From a virus: a stretch of DNA of 64,000 nt. Shown piece by piece: positions 1 through 10,844 of this stretch (the stretch's first letter is position 1; the number at the start of each line of letters is the position of its first letter). The translations under genes were made by a program, and so were the position numbers. Where the stretch lies: the IMG/VR virus record IMGVR_UViG_3300021181_000006, positions 64,001 to 128,000 of that record; one strand, 5' to 3'. A model generated the notes under the pieces. That model saw only the letters and a list, made by a program, of their open reading frames with translations. It did not search any database and was not told where the DNA came from.

Positions 1-2
1 AT

Positions 3-401
3 GAACTCGTCGTTGAAGACCTCAACGACGAGGTCGAAAACTTTGGAATCATTACGGCGTTCTTCGAGGATATCGAAGAATACCGTAGCTCTTCTGAAGA
101 ACGTGATGGATATGTGTTCCACTTTACTCAACCCATTGATGTAGATGTCTATATTCACCAATTGAGTAATGTTCTCGATTTTATATGTGATATTCCTGAT
201 CTACCATTTATTACTCGTCTTCTCTTTCGATCTCTCAATCCAGAACAACAGAAGGAACTTATCGATGCTTCAAAGAGGCCGTCTAGCCCACATGTACCAT
301 CTGCAGGCGCAGCTGAACAATCTGACATTCGAGAAGAACAGCATATCAGACGTGAACCTGCGAAACGGAAGAGCACAGACTCTCACGACTCAGTTATTTA
401 G
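3..401 (+). CDS. 5'-truncated hypothetical protein
   Basis: The frame of ORF 114..401 is open back to the window edge; its tail overlaps the dUTPase start. Confidence 0.55.
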   Translation, partial: ELVVEDLNDEVENFGIITAFFEDIEEYRSSSEERDGYVFHFTQPIDVDVYIHQLSNVLDFICDIPDLPFITRLLFRSLNPEQQKELIDASKRPSSPHVPSAGAAEQSDIREEQHIRREPAKRKSTDSHDSVI

Positions 402-1026
402 AGATAATCTCATTACTGGATCATACTCCAATGATCTGGTATCAAACCATGTTATTAACTTTAATGACAAAAATTCTGCCATGCACTGGTGGGGTCAGCA
501 ATATACATTGTGCGCCTTGGTTGAATTACAAGAGCTAGATGACTCTGATAGCGAGCAGAATGACATTATCGAGATTATCGATGTATGGCACTTCTTGCTC
601 TCTATGTTCCAGGTCATGGGTATTCAGTATGAAGATTTGATTCGTATGCTTCCTGGAGATGGAGAGGATCTTGAGGAATTGTTCTATTGGAATGAGCCTC
701 AAATTGCTCCGGGTAATGATGAGTATCAGCAAGAAGTCATTCAACATCTACGCACTGATCTCTTTAAGGTACTGACCTTATTCCCATGGAAACATTGGAG
801 TAAAAAATCAGATTTTAATCATGCTGAAATCATTGATGCTATGTATGCAGTTCTTGGAAGTTGGGTTGATGTAGCGACATGTTGGGAGATCACTCCTGCT
901 CGTCTCTATGAGATCTACCTCAAGAAAAACGCAGTAAATATCGATAGACAAAATTCTGGAACCTATTCCGAAGCGACAAAAGATGAATCCGATAATCAAT
1001 CCATTGATATCGGAGTTGCAGGATAA
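265..1026 (+). CDS. Dimeric (all-alpha) dUTPase, dUTPase_2 family
   Basis: Motifs EIIDVWHFLLS and YLKKNAVNIDRQNSGTY; AAGGA RBS before ATG 265 (ORF track starts at 169). Confidence 0.8.
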   Translation: MLQRGRLAHMYHLQAQLNNLTFEKNSISDVNLRNGRAQTLTTQLFRDNLITGSYSNDLVSNHVINFNDKNSAMHWWGQQYTLCALVELQELDDSDSEQNDIIEIIDVWHFLLSMFQVMGIQYEDLIRMLPGDGEDLEELFYWNEPQIAPGNDEYQQEVIQHLRTDLFKVLTLFPWKHWSKKSDFNHAEIIDAMYAVLGSWVDVATCWEITPARLYEIYLKKNAVNIDRQNSGTYSEATKDESDNQSIDIGVAG

Positions 1027-1672
1027 AGAAATAACCGAGGCTCTGCTTGGAACAAACCCTTTCGATACGAAAGTGTTTGTTCCAAGCTTAGTCAAGGTCA
1101 TTGATTTACATCCTAGTACTCCGAATAAAGACTATACCAGCAGAATACGTTTTCAGGTTGCTATGATGACACATCCATCTATCATCACAGCGGTATCACC
1201 GTACCATGCTGATTTATTAGATATAACGGTACAGACGTTACATACTTTGGTAGCGAAATGCTATTATATGACATGGCCAGACATCGATGCGTCTGTCTAT
1301 TTTATGCCAGTCGATAATTATGGTACAAAATGCATAGAGATGATAGCTGTGCTGCCTGGCCTACTGAGATACCAGTATATGACACTAAAGCTATCACATG
1401 GCCGTCTCATTGACGCGATCTTTAGTATGCTCGGAACTATTATTAAACGCAATGAACTGACATTGAATCATGAAGAGCAATCACTCGCATTTTATCTGAT
1501 TACCCAACATCATGATGATCTAAAGACCGTCTATAAAAATCATACGCTTCATATTATTCAATATATAGCTGAAATATCAAGAAGAACACTATGCCAAATG
1601 CTGCAACTGACGCAAACCCAAGCGGACTCCTCCCAGAGCGCACTGCTCAAAGGAGTACAAGCAAAGATGTAA
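983..1672 (+). CDS. Hypothetical protein
   Basis: 229-aa ORF; TAATG overlap with the helicase start. Confidence 0.6.
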   Translation: MNPIINPLISELQDKEITEALLGTNPFDTKVFVPSLVKVIDLHPSTPNKDYTSRIRFQVAMMTHPSIITAVSPYHADLLDITVQTLHTLVAKCYYMTWPDIDASVYFMPVDNYGTKCIEMIAVLPGLLRYQYMTLKLSHGRLIDAIFSMLGTIIKRNELTLNHEEQSLAFYLITQHHDDLKTVYKNHTLHIIQYIAEISRRTLCQMLQLTQTQADSSQSALLKGVQAKM

Positions 1673-3489
1673 TGGATTTCTTTCCTTATAAAGGTGTAAG
1701 ACCTCAACAAGAGAAAGCTATTCGTGAAGCACTCGCCGCCTATGAAGCCGGTAAGCGCTTTGTTGTCCTCGAAGGTCCATGTGGTTCCGGTAAATCAGCT
1801 ATTATTAAAACATTAGCTGATTACTATGGAACTGCACATATTATTACTCCATTAAAAGTACTTCAGACACAATATATCACCGATTTTCCTGGTGAGATTG
1901 TTGATGTTCGTGGTAAGTCTAACTATGTTTGTGCATATGACGCAGCTCAGAAAGCGAATCAAACCACCATTGATGGGAAACCACATAAAGCCAGATCCTG
2001 TAACCGTGGACCCTGTACCATTAAGGGATTCACAAAAGACAAAAAACTGTGCGAAGTTGAAGAAACTATCATCAATAATGAAGTTATTTCATTTGATGAC
2101 AATACTACCGTGTTACCTGATGGTCGGATTGTGCGATATTCTGGTTGCCCATATCAGGTGGCGAAAGCGATAGCGAAGCAAGCTCCCTTCATCTGTCATA
2201 ACTTTGAGAGTTTTCTCTATCAGAATATGAATCCTAATGGTGGATGGCAGACTCGGCCATTTATGGCTATTGATGAGTGCCATAATATAGAAGGTAAAAT
2301 GCTGGCATTCATGGGGGTTAATATCCCACAGAATGCACTGATGGATGGTGATTCACTGCAAGAATGTCATTCTTTAAGTGAATTTTATGACTTCTTCTGT
2401 ATCGATAAGCCATATACCTTTGATCAGATGATGGATTACTTCGGATATGAGCAGCGCTACTTCACTAAAAAAGGAGAGCCTCTCACTCCGTATTCTATGT
2501 TTACACGTGCACGGTATCTCATGGCACGATTCCAATTCTGGAACGATCAAGATGATGGACGCCTAGCTCATGAAGCGAATGAAATAGCTGAACGTGTGTT
2601 ACGTTTAGCGAATAACTACGAATATGCCCGAGATAAAGGACGACAGTGTGAATATGTCTTTGAGCTTCGTGAAGGACGTGATTACCCCACTCTCAGTGGC
2701 CAGCCACTGTATGCTGGTCTATTTTCAAGTCACTTATTTGGACATGGAGAGAGGATTATGTTGGCGTCGGCGACGATCCTTAATCCTGAGATCTTCTGTA
2801 GAGCGATTGGCGTCTCAATGGACGAAACCGAGTTCGTGTCCCTCGCATCTGATTTCCCAGCTGAAACTCGTCCTATCAAAAAAGTATATGCTGGAAGAAT
2901 GAGCTACGCTCATAAAGAAGCAACGATGCCGAAGTTAATAGACGGTATAGATAAGATTTTATCAGTGCATAGCACTGATAAAGGCTTGATACACACTCAT
3001 ACCTTCGATATCACAAAAAAGATCATCACAGTATTACAGGCCAAGTATCCTGATCGTCTCTTAACTACTGAGTTATTTAAAGATGAACATGGTAACAGAG
3101 CTAAGGATGCCATGTTAGATTTCCATGAGAAATCTCACATACCAACAGTAATACTCGATCCAGCCTGTGATCAAGGCGTTGATCTTCCAGATGATCTCTG
3201 TCGATTCCAGATATTAGCGAAGGTTCCATATCCAAATATGAATAAATGGATGAAGGCAAAGATGGCATTACCTGGTGGTCAGGAGTGGTATACTATGCAG
3301 GCCGCTCTGAAGTTTGTTCAGAGTTATGGACGTGGTAATCGGCATAAGGCCGATCAATGTGTACATTATTTACTCGATGCTGACTTCGATAACTTTCTCA
3401 ATTCATGTCAGCGCTTCGATCTCTTGCCTCGTTGGCTCCTCGATGCGTTTGACAAACCCAAGACGGTAGTTTTAGGCAGAAAATCATGA
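1672..3489 (+). CDS. DinG/XPD-family SF2 helicase
   Basis: Walker A EGPCGSGKS, IDECHN, LASAT, QGVDLPDDLCRFQILAKVPYP, QSYGRGNR; four Cys between motifs I and II fit an Fe-S cluster. Confidence 0.9.
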   Translation: MDFFPYKGVRPQQEKAIREALAAYEAGKRFVVLEGPCGSGKSAIIKTLADYYGTAHIITPLKVLQTQYITDFPGEIVDVRGKSNYVCAYDAAQKANQTTIDGKPHKARSCNRGPCTIKGFTKDKKLCEVEETIINNEVISFDDNTTVLPDGRIVRYSGCPYQVAKAIAKQAPFICHNFESFLYQNMNPNGGWQTRPFMAIDECHNIEGKMLAFMGVNIPQNALMDGDSLQECHSLSEFYDFFCIDKPYTFDQMMDYFGYEQRYFTKKGEPLTPYSMFTRARYLMARFQFWNDQDDGRLAHEANEIAERVLRLANNYEYARDKGRQCEYVFELREGRDYPTLSGQPLYAGLFSSHLFGHGERIMLASATILNPEIFCRAIGVSMDETEFVSLASDFPAETRPIKKVYAGRMSYAHKEATMPKLIDGIDKILSVHSTDKGLIHTHTFDITKKIITVLQAKYPDRLLTTELFKDEHGNRAKDAMLDFHEKSHIPTVILDPACDQGVDLPDDLCRFQILAKVPYPNMNKWMKAKMALPGGQEWYTMQAALKFVQSYGRGNRHKADQCVHYLLDADFDNFLNSCQRFDLLPRWLLDAFDKPKTVVLGRKS

Positions 3490-4616
3490 GTTTCTTTGGC
3501 GTGACGGTAGAAACCTTAGAGTCCATTACTCCCATCACCGGTGCTGACCGCATCGTGATGGGAATGCTGAAAGGCATGGACTATCAATTTATTCTTAAGA
3601 AAGGTGGCATTGCTCCTACACATCAGTGTATATTCTTTCCTATTGATTCTATCATTCCGGTTGAGCTACTGAAGTTCGTTGGTCTTGATGGTAAATTATC
3701 AGGAGGTTCCAAGAACCGAGTTAAAACTATCAAGATGAAGGGACAGATCTCTCAGGGACTGGTACTTTCTGTACCTGAAATTGAGAAATACTTACTCTCT
3801 ATCGGTAAACTGTTAGATACTTCATTAACTGATCTTACTGAGTGTCTTGGAGTGACGAAGTACGATCCTGAAATCATTGGAACCAGTCATGGTAGTAATG
3901 CTGCACGTGGTTCCATTAATCGTCCTCTGCCTGAAGATGTGCATCACTATGATATCGAAGGAACAGATCGCCATAAGGATATCATCGAAGTTCTTATGAA
4001 GACTCCGGTGTATATTACGGAGAAACTCGAAGGCATGAACTTCGCGTTAAAACGCGATCCTGAAGGTAATATCACGATCTGTAGCAGAAACCGTACCGTC
4101 TATGTTGAATCCGGTTCGATGATGAAGAGATTCTTTATGAGAATAAAGAATCTCTTCAAGAAACGTATCGTATCACAGCATGAACAGGCTATTCGTAATA
4201 GCGGACTTATAGAAGCTATTCATACATTGGCTGCGACATGTCACCCATATGATACGATTATATTCCGTGGTGAAGTCCTCGGACCACAAGTACAGAATAA
4301 TATTTATCATTTAGATAAACTCCGTGGCGTCGTATTCGATATCCAAATGGGTGGAGAATACCTCTCTGTCGAGCCATTCTTACGCTATGCAGCAGAACTT
4401 GGACTCAGTACTCCTCCTATGCTCTGGTGTGATGACACGTTAGAGAAGTTTCTTGGATATAAAACCATTGCTGAAATGAGCGATGGTATATCCAAACTCT
4501 TTGAGACGAAAAGAGAGGGTATTGTCATCAAGCCCATGGTTGAAGAGACATGCAAAATTGGTCGCATGTTCCTGAAGAAAAGATCGCCAGAGTATTTAAA
4601 CGAAAGCGATCTGTAA
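3486..4616 (+). CDS. RNA ligase, DRB0094/Rnl2-like family
   Basis: N-terminal domain (RVKTIKMKGQISQGL), adenylation motif TEKLEGMN, GEVLGP, EGIVIKP, FLKKRSPEYL. Confidence 0.9.
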   Translation: MSFFGVTVETLESITPITGADRIVMGMLKGMDYQFILKKGGIAPTHQCIFFPIDSIIPVELLKFVGLDGKLSGGSKNRVKTIKMKGQISQGLVLSVPEIEKYLLSIGKLLDTSLTDLTECLGVTKYDPEIIGTSHGSNAARGSINRPLPEDVHHYDIEGTDRHKDIIEVLMKTPVYITEKLEGMNFALKRDPEGNITICSRNRTVYVESGSMMKRFFMRIKNLFKKRIVSQHEQAIRNSGLIEAIHTLAATCHPYDTIIFRGEVLGPQVQNNIYHLDKLRGVVFDIQMGGEYLSVEPFLRYAAELGLSTPPMLWCDDTLEKFLGYKTIAEMSDGISKLFETKREGIVIKPMVEETCKIGRMFLKKRSPEYLNESDL

Positions 4617-4621
4617 CTCCT

Positions 4622-4668
4622 CATCGGTCTTATCCACCTATAAGGTGAGTAAGACCGATGATTTTTTT
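4622..4668 (+). terminator. Intrinsic terminator
   Basis: catcggtctta...taagaccgatg stem followed by a T run. Confidence 0.8.
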
Positions 4669-4727
4669 GGTATAAAACTCGTACTCAGTAGTTGTACAAC
4701 TACGTATTCACTCCTAGCTAGGATGTT

Positions 4728-5633
4728 ATGTCATCTCTCGTTATTAACGTTGGTGCTCAAGTCACTACGGCACGTGGGCAGAGTCTCACGATTACTATTG
4801 TTTCTAATGGTCGTTTTGGTGTTCGTGAAGTTGGTGGTAGAGCCCATTTCTGGAATGCATCAGGAACTGCTACTTCAGAGCGTACTTTAAACGCTTATGG
4901 CCATATCGTAGCTTCAGTTCCTGCAGCTGCCGATGAGGCAGCCACCGTAGCAGCACCTCGTCCCGCTTATCGCCAGCTCCCCGCCGTTGATATCGATGGT
5001 ATCATCGGCAAGATGGCTGCCGCCTGTGCTAGCGCTAACAAGTTCAAGGCTAAGGGCTATCAGCTCGTTCACGCTCTGCTCGCAGGTCGTGAAACCGTGA
5101 ATGCGTTTGATGTATGGGCGATGTCAGAACTCAGTCTCGATGAGAAGAAGTGGATTCTGCAGTCAACCCATGGCACTCGTTTCTTGCCTGAAACTTTTAG
5201 ACTCACTTCATGGGACAATTTTGTACGTGATCTCGCTCTTTGGCAGGATGCTACTACCTTAGTTATAACTCAAGGTCACTATTATCGCTGTAGTGATGGC
5301 AAGATTATCTTCATGAAGACTCAGCGTTCCGCCCAAGTTCTCTTAGGCACCGATACCCTGCAGTACAATCTCTCCATTGAGCATGATGGTAGCATTGGTT
5401 CGCGCTCATTCCGCGTAACCGAGGATTTGGGTACATCGTACCGAGAGGCCAGACCGCAGAATGGTCAGATCTATAAGTATATCACCGGCGGTCATATCAG
5501 AGTGATCATGGGTGACTATCTGGTCGATCCCACCAATGGATGTCGTGATGCTTGGAATACCCATCTGATTCATTATGATTTCGTCGGTAATCTTCCATCT
5601 TTTGGCATCCTCAAGGAACAGCTCGCTAAGTAA
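4728..5633 (+). CDS. Hypothetical protein with one copy of an approx. 55-aa repeat domain
   Basis: 301-aa ORF; shares a domain with 5636..6682. Confidence 0.75.
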   Translation: MSSLVINVGAQVTTARGQSLTITIVSNGRFGVREVGGRAHFWNASGTATSERTLNAYGHIVASVPAAADEAATVAAPRPAYRQLPAVDIDGIIGKMAAACASANKFKAKGYQLVHALLAGRETVNAFDVWAMSELSLDEKKWILQSTHGTRFLPETFRLTSWDNFVRDLALWQDATTLVITQGHYYRCSDGKIIFMKTQRSAQVLLGTDTLQYNLSIEHDGSIGSRSFRVTEDLGTSYREARPQNGQIYKYITGGHIRVIMGDYLVDPTNGCRDAWNTHLIHYDFVGNLPSFGILKEQLAK

Positions 5634-5635
5634 TC

Positions 5636-6682
5636 ATGGCTAAGAAGATCATTCAAACCACTCCAGCGGAAGCTGGAGTGGTTTTACCTAAAGCAACTAT
5701 TCGTAATGTTATCAACGCTCTTGAGACTGCCTGTGGTCGTGGAGATCGCTATAAAGCTGATGAGTATCATCTACTGCATATTATGTTCGGTTTAAAGACA
5801 GAACTCAATGCGTTAGAGATATTAGGCATGAATAAAGTTCCTCCCGATGATCGTACTTGGATCGTAGATACGCTTCGTGAGACTCTTATTCCTGAACAAT
5901 ACAGGAATAGTCTTGATAGTGAGATTTTCGAAGACTTATTCCGATGTAATAATGTCGCTTATTGCACAAAGATCTTCACTCGATTCCAAAATGGCGATAA
6001 GATCAATCTGCCTAGCCAAGGCGATATCTGGGATATGGATGGCGAAAAAGTATTGGTCATTCATGATGACATCGGTAATGATGGTGAAGATCAAGTCCTC
6101 CTCTTCGGTGATTTTATGTTATCCGATTATCGTATCGTCGATCTTGCCTTCACAGGTCATCGTATTGGTCATATTAGTGACCATTCTGTTCCAGATGGTG
6201 ATATCACCGAGCAGTCTCTCGCGTCTTACTCCTTCGGTGAGCTGAAATACCATATTCGAGAAGCATGTGATCGTGGTATTCCTTATCGCAAGAATAACTA
6301 CGCTTTAGTACGTCAGCTCATGAATGGTCGCAAAACCATCACAGTACTTGATGTACTCAAGCTGCGTATTCCTGTCGAAGACATGCATTGGATCATCCAT
6401 CAGGTTGAGATGGCTGATATTTCAGGCTATAGTATCGACTGCAAGGCAGATCTGGTTCAAGCGGTTGAAGAATCAATCGAGAAAGATACTCCTGATGCCG
6501 CCAATGGGCAGATCTGGGAGTGGGCTGATAACATCTACTTGATGATCGATTCTGACTCTGATACTGTCATCAATCTCGAAACTGGTGAGATGGATACGTG
6601 CTTCGATATCTCTGATGCTGAATATGGCAGTACGCTGACAGCTAAACAATTGGCAGAGTGGAAAGATAGGTTCCAGGCGTAA
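5636..6682 (+). CDS. Hypothetical protein with two copies of the same repeat domain
   Basis: 348-aa ORF; internal repeat AC...Y.L...G..T...WI. Confidence 0.75.
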   Translation: MAKKIIQTTPAEAGVVLPKATIRNVINALETACGRGDRYKADEYHLLHIMFGLKTELNALEILGMNKVPPDDRTWIVDTLRETLIPEQYRNSLDSEIFEDLFRCNNVAYCTKIFTRFQNGDKINLPSQGDIWDMDGEKVLVIHDDIGNDGEDQVLLFGDFMLSDYRIVDLAFTGHRIGHISDHSVPDGDITEQSLASYSFGELKYHIREACDRGIPYRKNNYALVRQLMNGRKTITVLDVLKLRIPVEDMHWIIHQVEMADISGYSIDCKADLVQAVEESIEKDTPDAANGQIWEWADNIYLMIDSDSDTVINLETGEMDTCFDISDAEYGSTLTAKQLAEWKDRFQA

Positions 6683-6717
6683 TAGATATAGGTTCCTTTC
6701 AGGAATATATGTCTATT

Positions 6718-6744
6718 TACACAGCTCTAACCGAGCTGTGTTTT
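6718..6744 (+). terminator. Intrinsic terminator
   Basis: cacagctc-taacc-gagctgtg followed by tttt. Confidence 0.75.
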
Positions 6745-6758
6745 AGGTATAAGACTAG

Positions 6759-6830
6759 AGACAGAGCACGAGCCCAGCCGTTCATGATGTTCATAAAACA
6801 AAGCGTCATGAATTCGTGCTCTGTCTTTTT
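6759..6830 (+). ncRNA. Candidate approx. 70-nt hairpin small RNA
   Basis: 13-bp perfect outer stem (6759-6771/6814-6826), inner stem ttcatga/tcatgaa, T tail; GGTATAA just upstream. Confidence 0.45.
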
Positions 6831-7970
6831 CCACTAAAACAAGGATTTTATGTCTCAGTACCGCTGCCTACGATTACGTGATGATATTACTGCTATTATT
6901 GGAATGCTGGAAAACCATATTGAGCACAAAACTGTTTTATCTATCCATGAGCGCGTAACACTCATCTCGATGTTACAGACGTTGGATGGATCGTTTCATG
7001 AGATGATGATGATTAACGATTTAGGGCGTAATATATGTATGCAAGAAGATAATAAACAGTATAATTTTCTTGCATTGGCGCTTAAGTCCTATTACAAGAA
7101 ACATAAGTTACATGAAGTATCTCCTACTGAAAAGAAAAAACGATTGTCTCCTCGTCCAGAGTGATCTGGTTGAGCGAGTCCTATTTAATGGCGATGGCGT
7201 AGCTATCTATATCAAAGGGTATAAAGAGAGTGCTTGCGTAGACTCAGCAGCTGATATTGTATCATTCGATACATTAGTAGAAGCCGTATCTGCTGCTGGT
7301 ATGCAACATCAGGTGGTAAATTATCCGGCACCTTTAAAAGAAGCTGCAGAAGCAGAAAGGCTTGCTGCTGGACATGCAGCGTCCTCATTCAACCAAGGTA
7401 AACTGTCAAAAATGATGGGGCAAATGTGGAAGCCAACGCATCCTCATGCTCTACCTCCTATGCAAATACCTACACCAGCATATCCCATGCATGGTGATTT
7501 CTCCGATGGTGACATGGATGTTTATGATCTCCGGGAACGTACATTAAGCGAAATAGTAAAGAGCGGATATAAGCAGGTATAAGGTTAGTAAGGAATTACT
7601 ATGCGCGCTTATCGTGTGATATATATCATCCTCCTCTTAAACTTACCAATAGCATTAGTGTTATTTGTACTGCATCCAGATCATCCAGGTGCTGCCATCG
7701 CTATGGTAGCAGCGGTATTCGTAGCTATTCTGATTCTCTTCATATTAAAGCATTATAAGGCATTTAAAGATGACCAAAGAGGAAAAGCGAGCTGAATGGC
7801 TCGCGCTGAAGAAGCAAATCGCTTCTAAAACTTTATCGCGTCAAAAGGCTATTATGCAGTCATTCAACGGTGGACTTATCGATAGAATCCTCGATAGATC
7901 TGCTCTGGAACGTAGGGAAGCCTAAAATAATAGAAGATCATCACTTATGGTGATCTTCTATTAGGTATTT

Positions 7971-8402
7971 ATGAAACAAGACATTAACGAAGCATATACA
8001 TGCGTTAATTATGCCTTAATTTATTACGATGATCCTAACTTTTTGTCTGCTAATAAAACCAATCTACGTAAAGCCCTAGAACATCTTAAAAAATGTCAGA
8101 ATACTATGTCGGTGTCCATCACGACAACAGGGCTCCTCAAACAGATTCGGGATATACTCGATCACGTAGAATTACATGGAAACCTCGGTTTAGCCGAAGC
8201 AGCAGTCATTGCACTCGATCAGCTCCGTGATACGATCATCAAAGAGAATCCAGGATACCGATGGAGTGAGATAGATGACTTTATTCGACAGGGTCAAAAG
8301 ATTATGGCCATCAAGGTCTATCGAGATATCCATGGTGCTGGACTATACGACTCAAAATTAGCAGTGGAAAAACGCGCAGAATACTTAAGAAAAACAATAT
8401 GA
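7971..8402 (+). CDS. Protein with C-terminal ribosomal protein L7/L12-CTD-like domain
   Basis: GQKIMAIKVYRDIHGAGLYDSKLAVE resembles the L7/L12 signature KI.AIK.VR..TG.GL.EAK..VE. Confidence 0.7.
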   Translation: MKQDINEAYTCVNYALIYYDDPNFLSANKTNLRKALEHLKKCQNTMSVSITTTGLLKQIRDILDHVELHGNLGLAEAAVIALDQLRDTIIKENPGYRWSEIDDFIRQGQKIMAIKVYRDIHGAGLYDSKLAVEKRAEYLRKTI

Positions 8403-8803
8403 TCACTACATTTAAAGAATTAAGCCACGATTGGAAAGAAACTCAGTTCACTGAAGCGATCCGAGATGGGATCGCTTCAGTGGGTGGATATAGCTTGAAG
8501 CTCGGTGCGAGCCAGTTTATGGCTAAGGGAACTCCAGATACCATTTATTTTTTAGCTGGCGTTACTTTCTTAATTGAGAGTAAAGTCCATCCATTCAAAG
8601 TATCAGCTATTCAGGTAGAACAACTAAGACGGATACGTGCTGGCACCGGGTGCGCTTGGGCAGCTACATTACGTCCACTTGATGGAGTCATGACTGTCGT
8701 CCTCGATGATGGATGGCAATTTACTTCATTAGAAAACATGGTGAAACACTGTGTGAATATCGCTAAAATACAAGCGAGGGATCGTGAGCTTAGACACGTT
8801 TAG
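8399..8803 (+). CDS. VRR-NUC / PD-(D/E)XK nuclease (junction-resolvase-like)
   Basis: GTPDTI...LIESK...SAIQ..Q...I...G pattern. Confidence 0.75.
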   Translation: MITTFKELSHDWKETQFTEAIRDGIASVGGYSLKLGASQFMAKGTPDTIYFLAGVTFLIESKVHPFKVSAIQVEQLRRIRAGTGCAWAATLRPLDGVMTVVLDDGWQFTSLENMVKHCVNIAKIQARDRELRHV

Positions 8804-9821
8804 TAACGACGGGGACGTTTTTAATACCCCTCCTACATTTATTAAAACCATTCAAAATGAAAAGCATCTCCGCGATCTCCAGTCACAATATAATGGTAAT
8901 CCAACTGGGAAGCCTGAATGTCCATATCGTCGCGGTCCATGGATATCAACGTATCGTGGATTAAACGCTATGATGACCAGCGGTCATGTGGATAGCTACT
9001 GTACCTATTATGATCGTGAATGTACTGGTACTCAACTCAAAGCGCATCATTGCCGTATCTGTGCACGTAATGCAGAGGTGAATGGATATTGTCGTCTTTG
9101 TAATTTCTGTATGAATGATGATATCTTTGAACGTAAGAACCAGTTTGTGACCTTCAGTACTCGAATTAGTAATCTTACCAGACTGATAGGTTATCAGGCC
9201 TATGTAACCGCATTGAGGACGCATCGGGAAGATCTTCTGACGCGGTTTTTAGTTTCTCTGGAAACAAAATACCGTGTACATTTCTTCATCACTCCGAAAA
9301 CATTCTCAACGATGCTTGTTATCTTCACTGATTCATCTTTTAATCCTGAAACCAGTTGGACACCCGTATGGAGAAAGTTTATCCGAGATGTCGTAAACCC
9401 ATCAATTTTAGAAAAAAACACATGGACATTGCCCGTTTCATAGCTCGTATGGAGCGGGCTCCTGTCTTTTATCGACAGGATGTTGATGGCATGAATGATG
9501 TTTATGATCTTAAAAAAGAATGTCTAGACTTTGAAAAAGATTTTGGATGCCTACCTACCGGTCATATATCCCATTATGATTATAATTATAGCAGTAGTAA
9601 TCAATTGCGCGACATCAAGCAATACATGAAAATCTGGATTATAGCTTTTGATGTGAGTAGCTATCTCTATCATGCTGACACTCCTGGTGGAGAACGTTAT
9701 TGCTGGAGTTGTAATACAAGATATAAGAGTACTGAAGAAAACGACTTTAAATACCAACTCCATCTACCACGTCATTGTTATACGTGTGAAAATAGGACGA
9801 TTCGACTGAGGACATATATCA

Positions 9822-10844
9822 ATGCCAACGAGTAGAGAGCGACTCAGCTATTTATGTAATAAGTATAATACTGCATGGTCTATTGATTTTCATACACATT
9901 TAAACGCACATCTACCATACTGTTTTTTCTGTAAACAACCTTATGATGCTGTCGAAATGGCATTAAATCTTTCCCCACAATGTGATTGTCCTCAGATCCA
10001 TGAGGCTATTGCAGAAGTTACGGAGATGACATATGGATCTCACTGAACGTCATGCACGATATCATGCAATTCGAAAAAGATATTATCCAAATAGTATTGT
10101 AGCTATATTCGATTTATTAAATAGGGAATTTAAGGAGACACAATGCTGTCCATTCTGTGAAAAAGAATCTCATAGTATCTATAAAGACTTAAATATTCCT
10201 CTGTATTGTGACTGTAAAAAGTATAGAGCATTATGTAGTGATGTAGCATTTTTTAAGGATCCATTCCATGCAGTGCCCCAAATGTGATCAGGAACTGCCT
10301 GAAGAAGATATCATGAAAGCGAATCTTGGATTAGACTGTAGTAGCTGTAATAGGATGAGAGTAACTCATATCATGGCGCGTCTTATGTCGGGAGCTGATA
10401 TGGTGTTTCCATCAAAATTATTTGACCGTGAATGTGATAAACCTTCATGATTACCTGCCCTAAATGCGGATGGGATCAAGTGCCTGATGAGGAACAGCTC
10501 CATATAGATTTAGGTTTAGACTGTAGTACATGTTTTATTCATAAGTTTATAAGCCATACCATGCGTGAAAAAACCTGTATTGAGCAAATATTCCCTAGCC
10601 TACGAGTAGATCCATGACTACGGTTGAAGAACTCTATGCCATCCAGAAAAAATACTGGAATCATGATATACAATTTGTCTATGACATAGTCGTTTTGGAT
10701 GGAGATACGAATGGGCAATGTCCATTATGTAACCTCTATCAAGATCCACTATTACAAGATTTATCTATACCATTTAGTTGTGATTGTGATAAGTTTCAAG
10801 AACTAGAAAAAGATCTTGCTATAATTAAATCATTTTATCCATGA
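9822..10844 (+). other. Tandem array of five small Cys-rich paralogous ORFs (9822, 10033, 10268, 10447..10617, 10614)
   Basis: Each has CxxC, then a [DN]L[GNS][IL]-like segment, then CxC or CxxC; overlapping start/stop codons. Confidence 0.75.
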
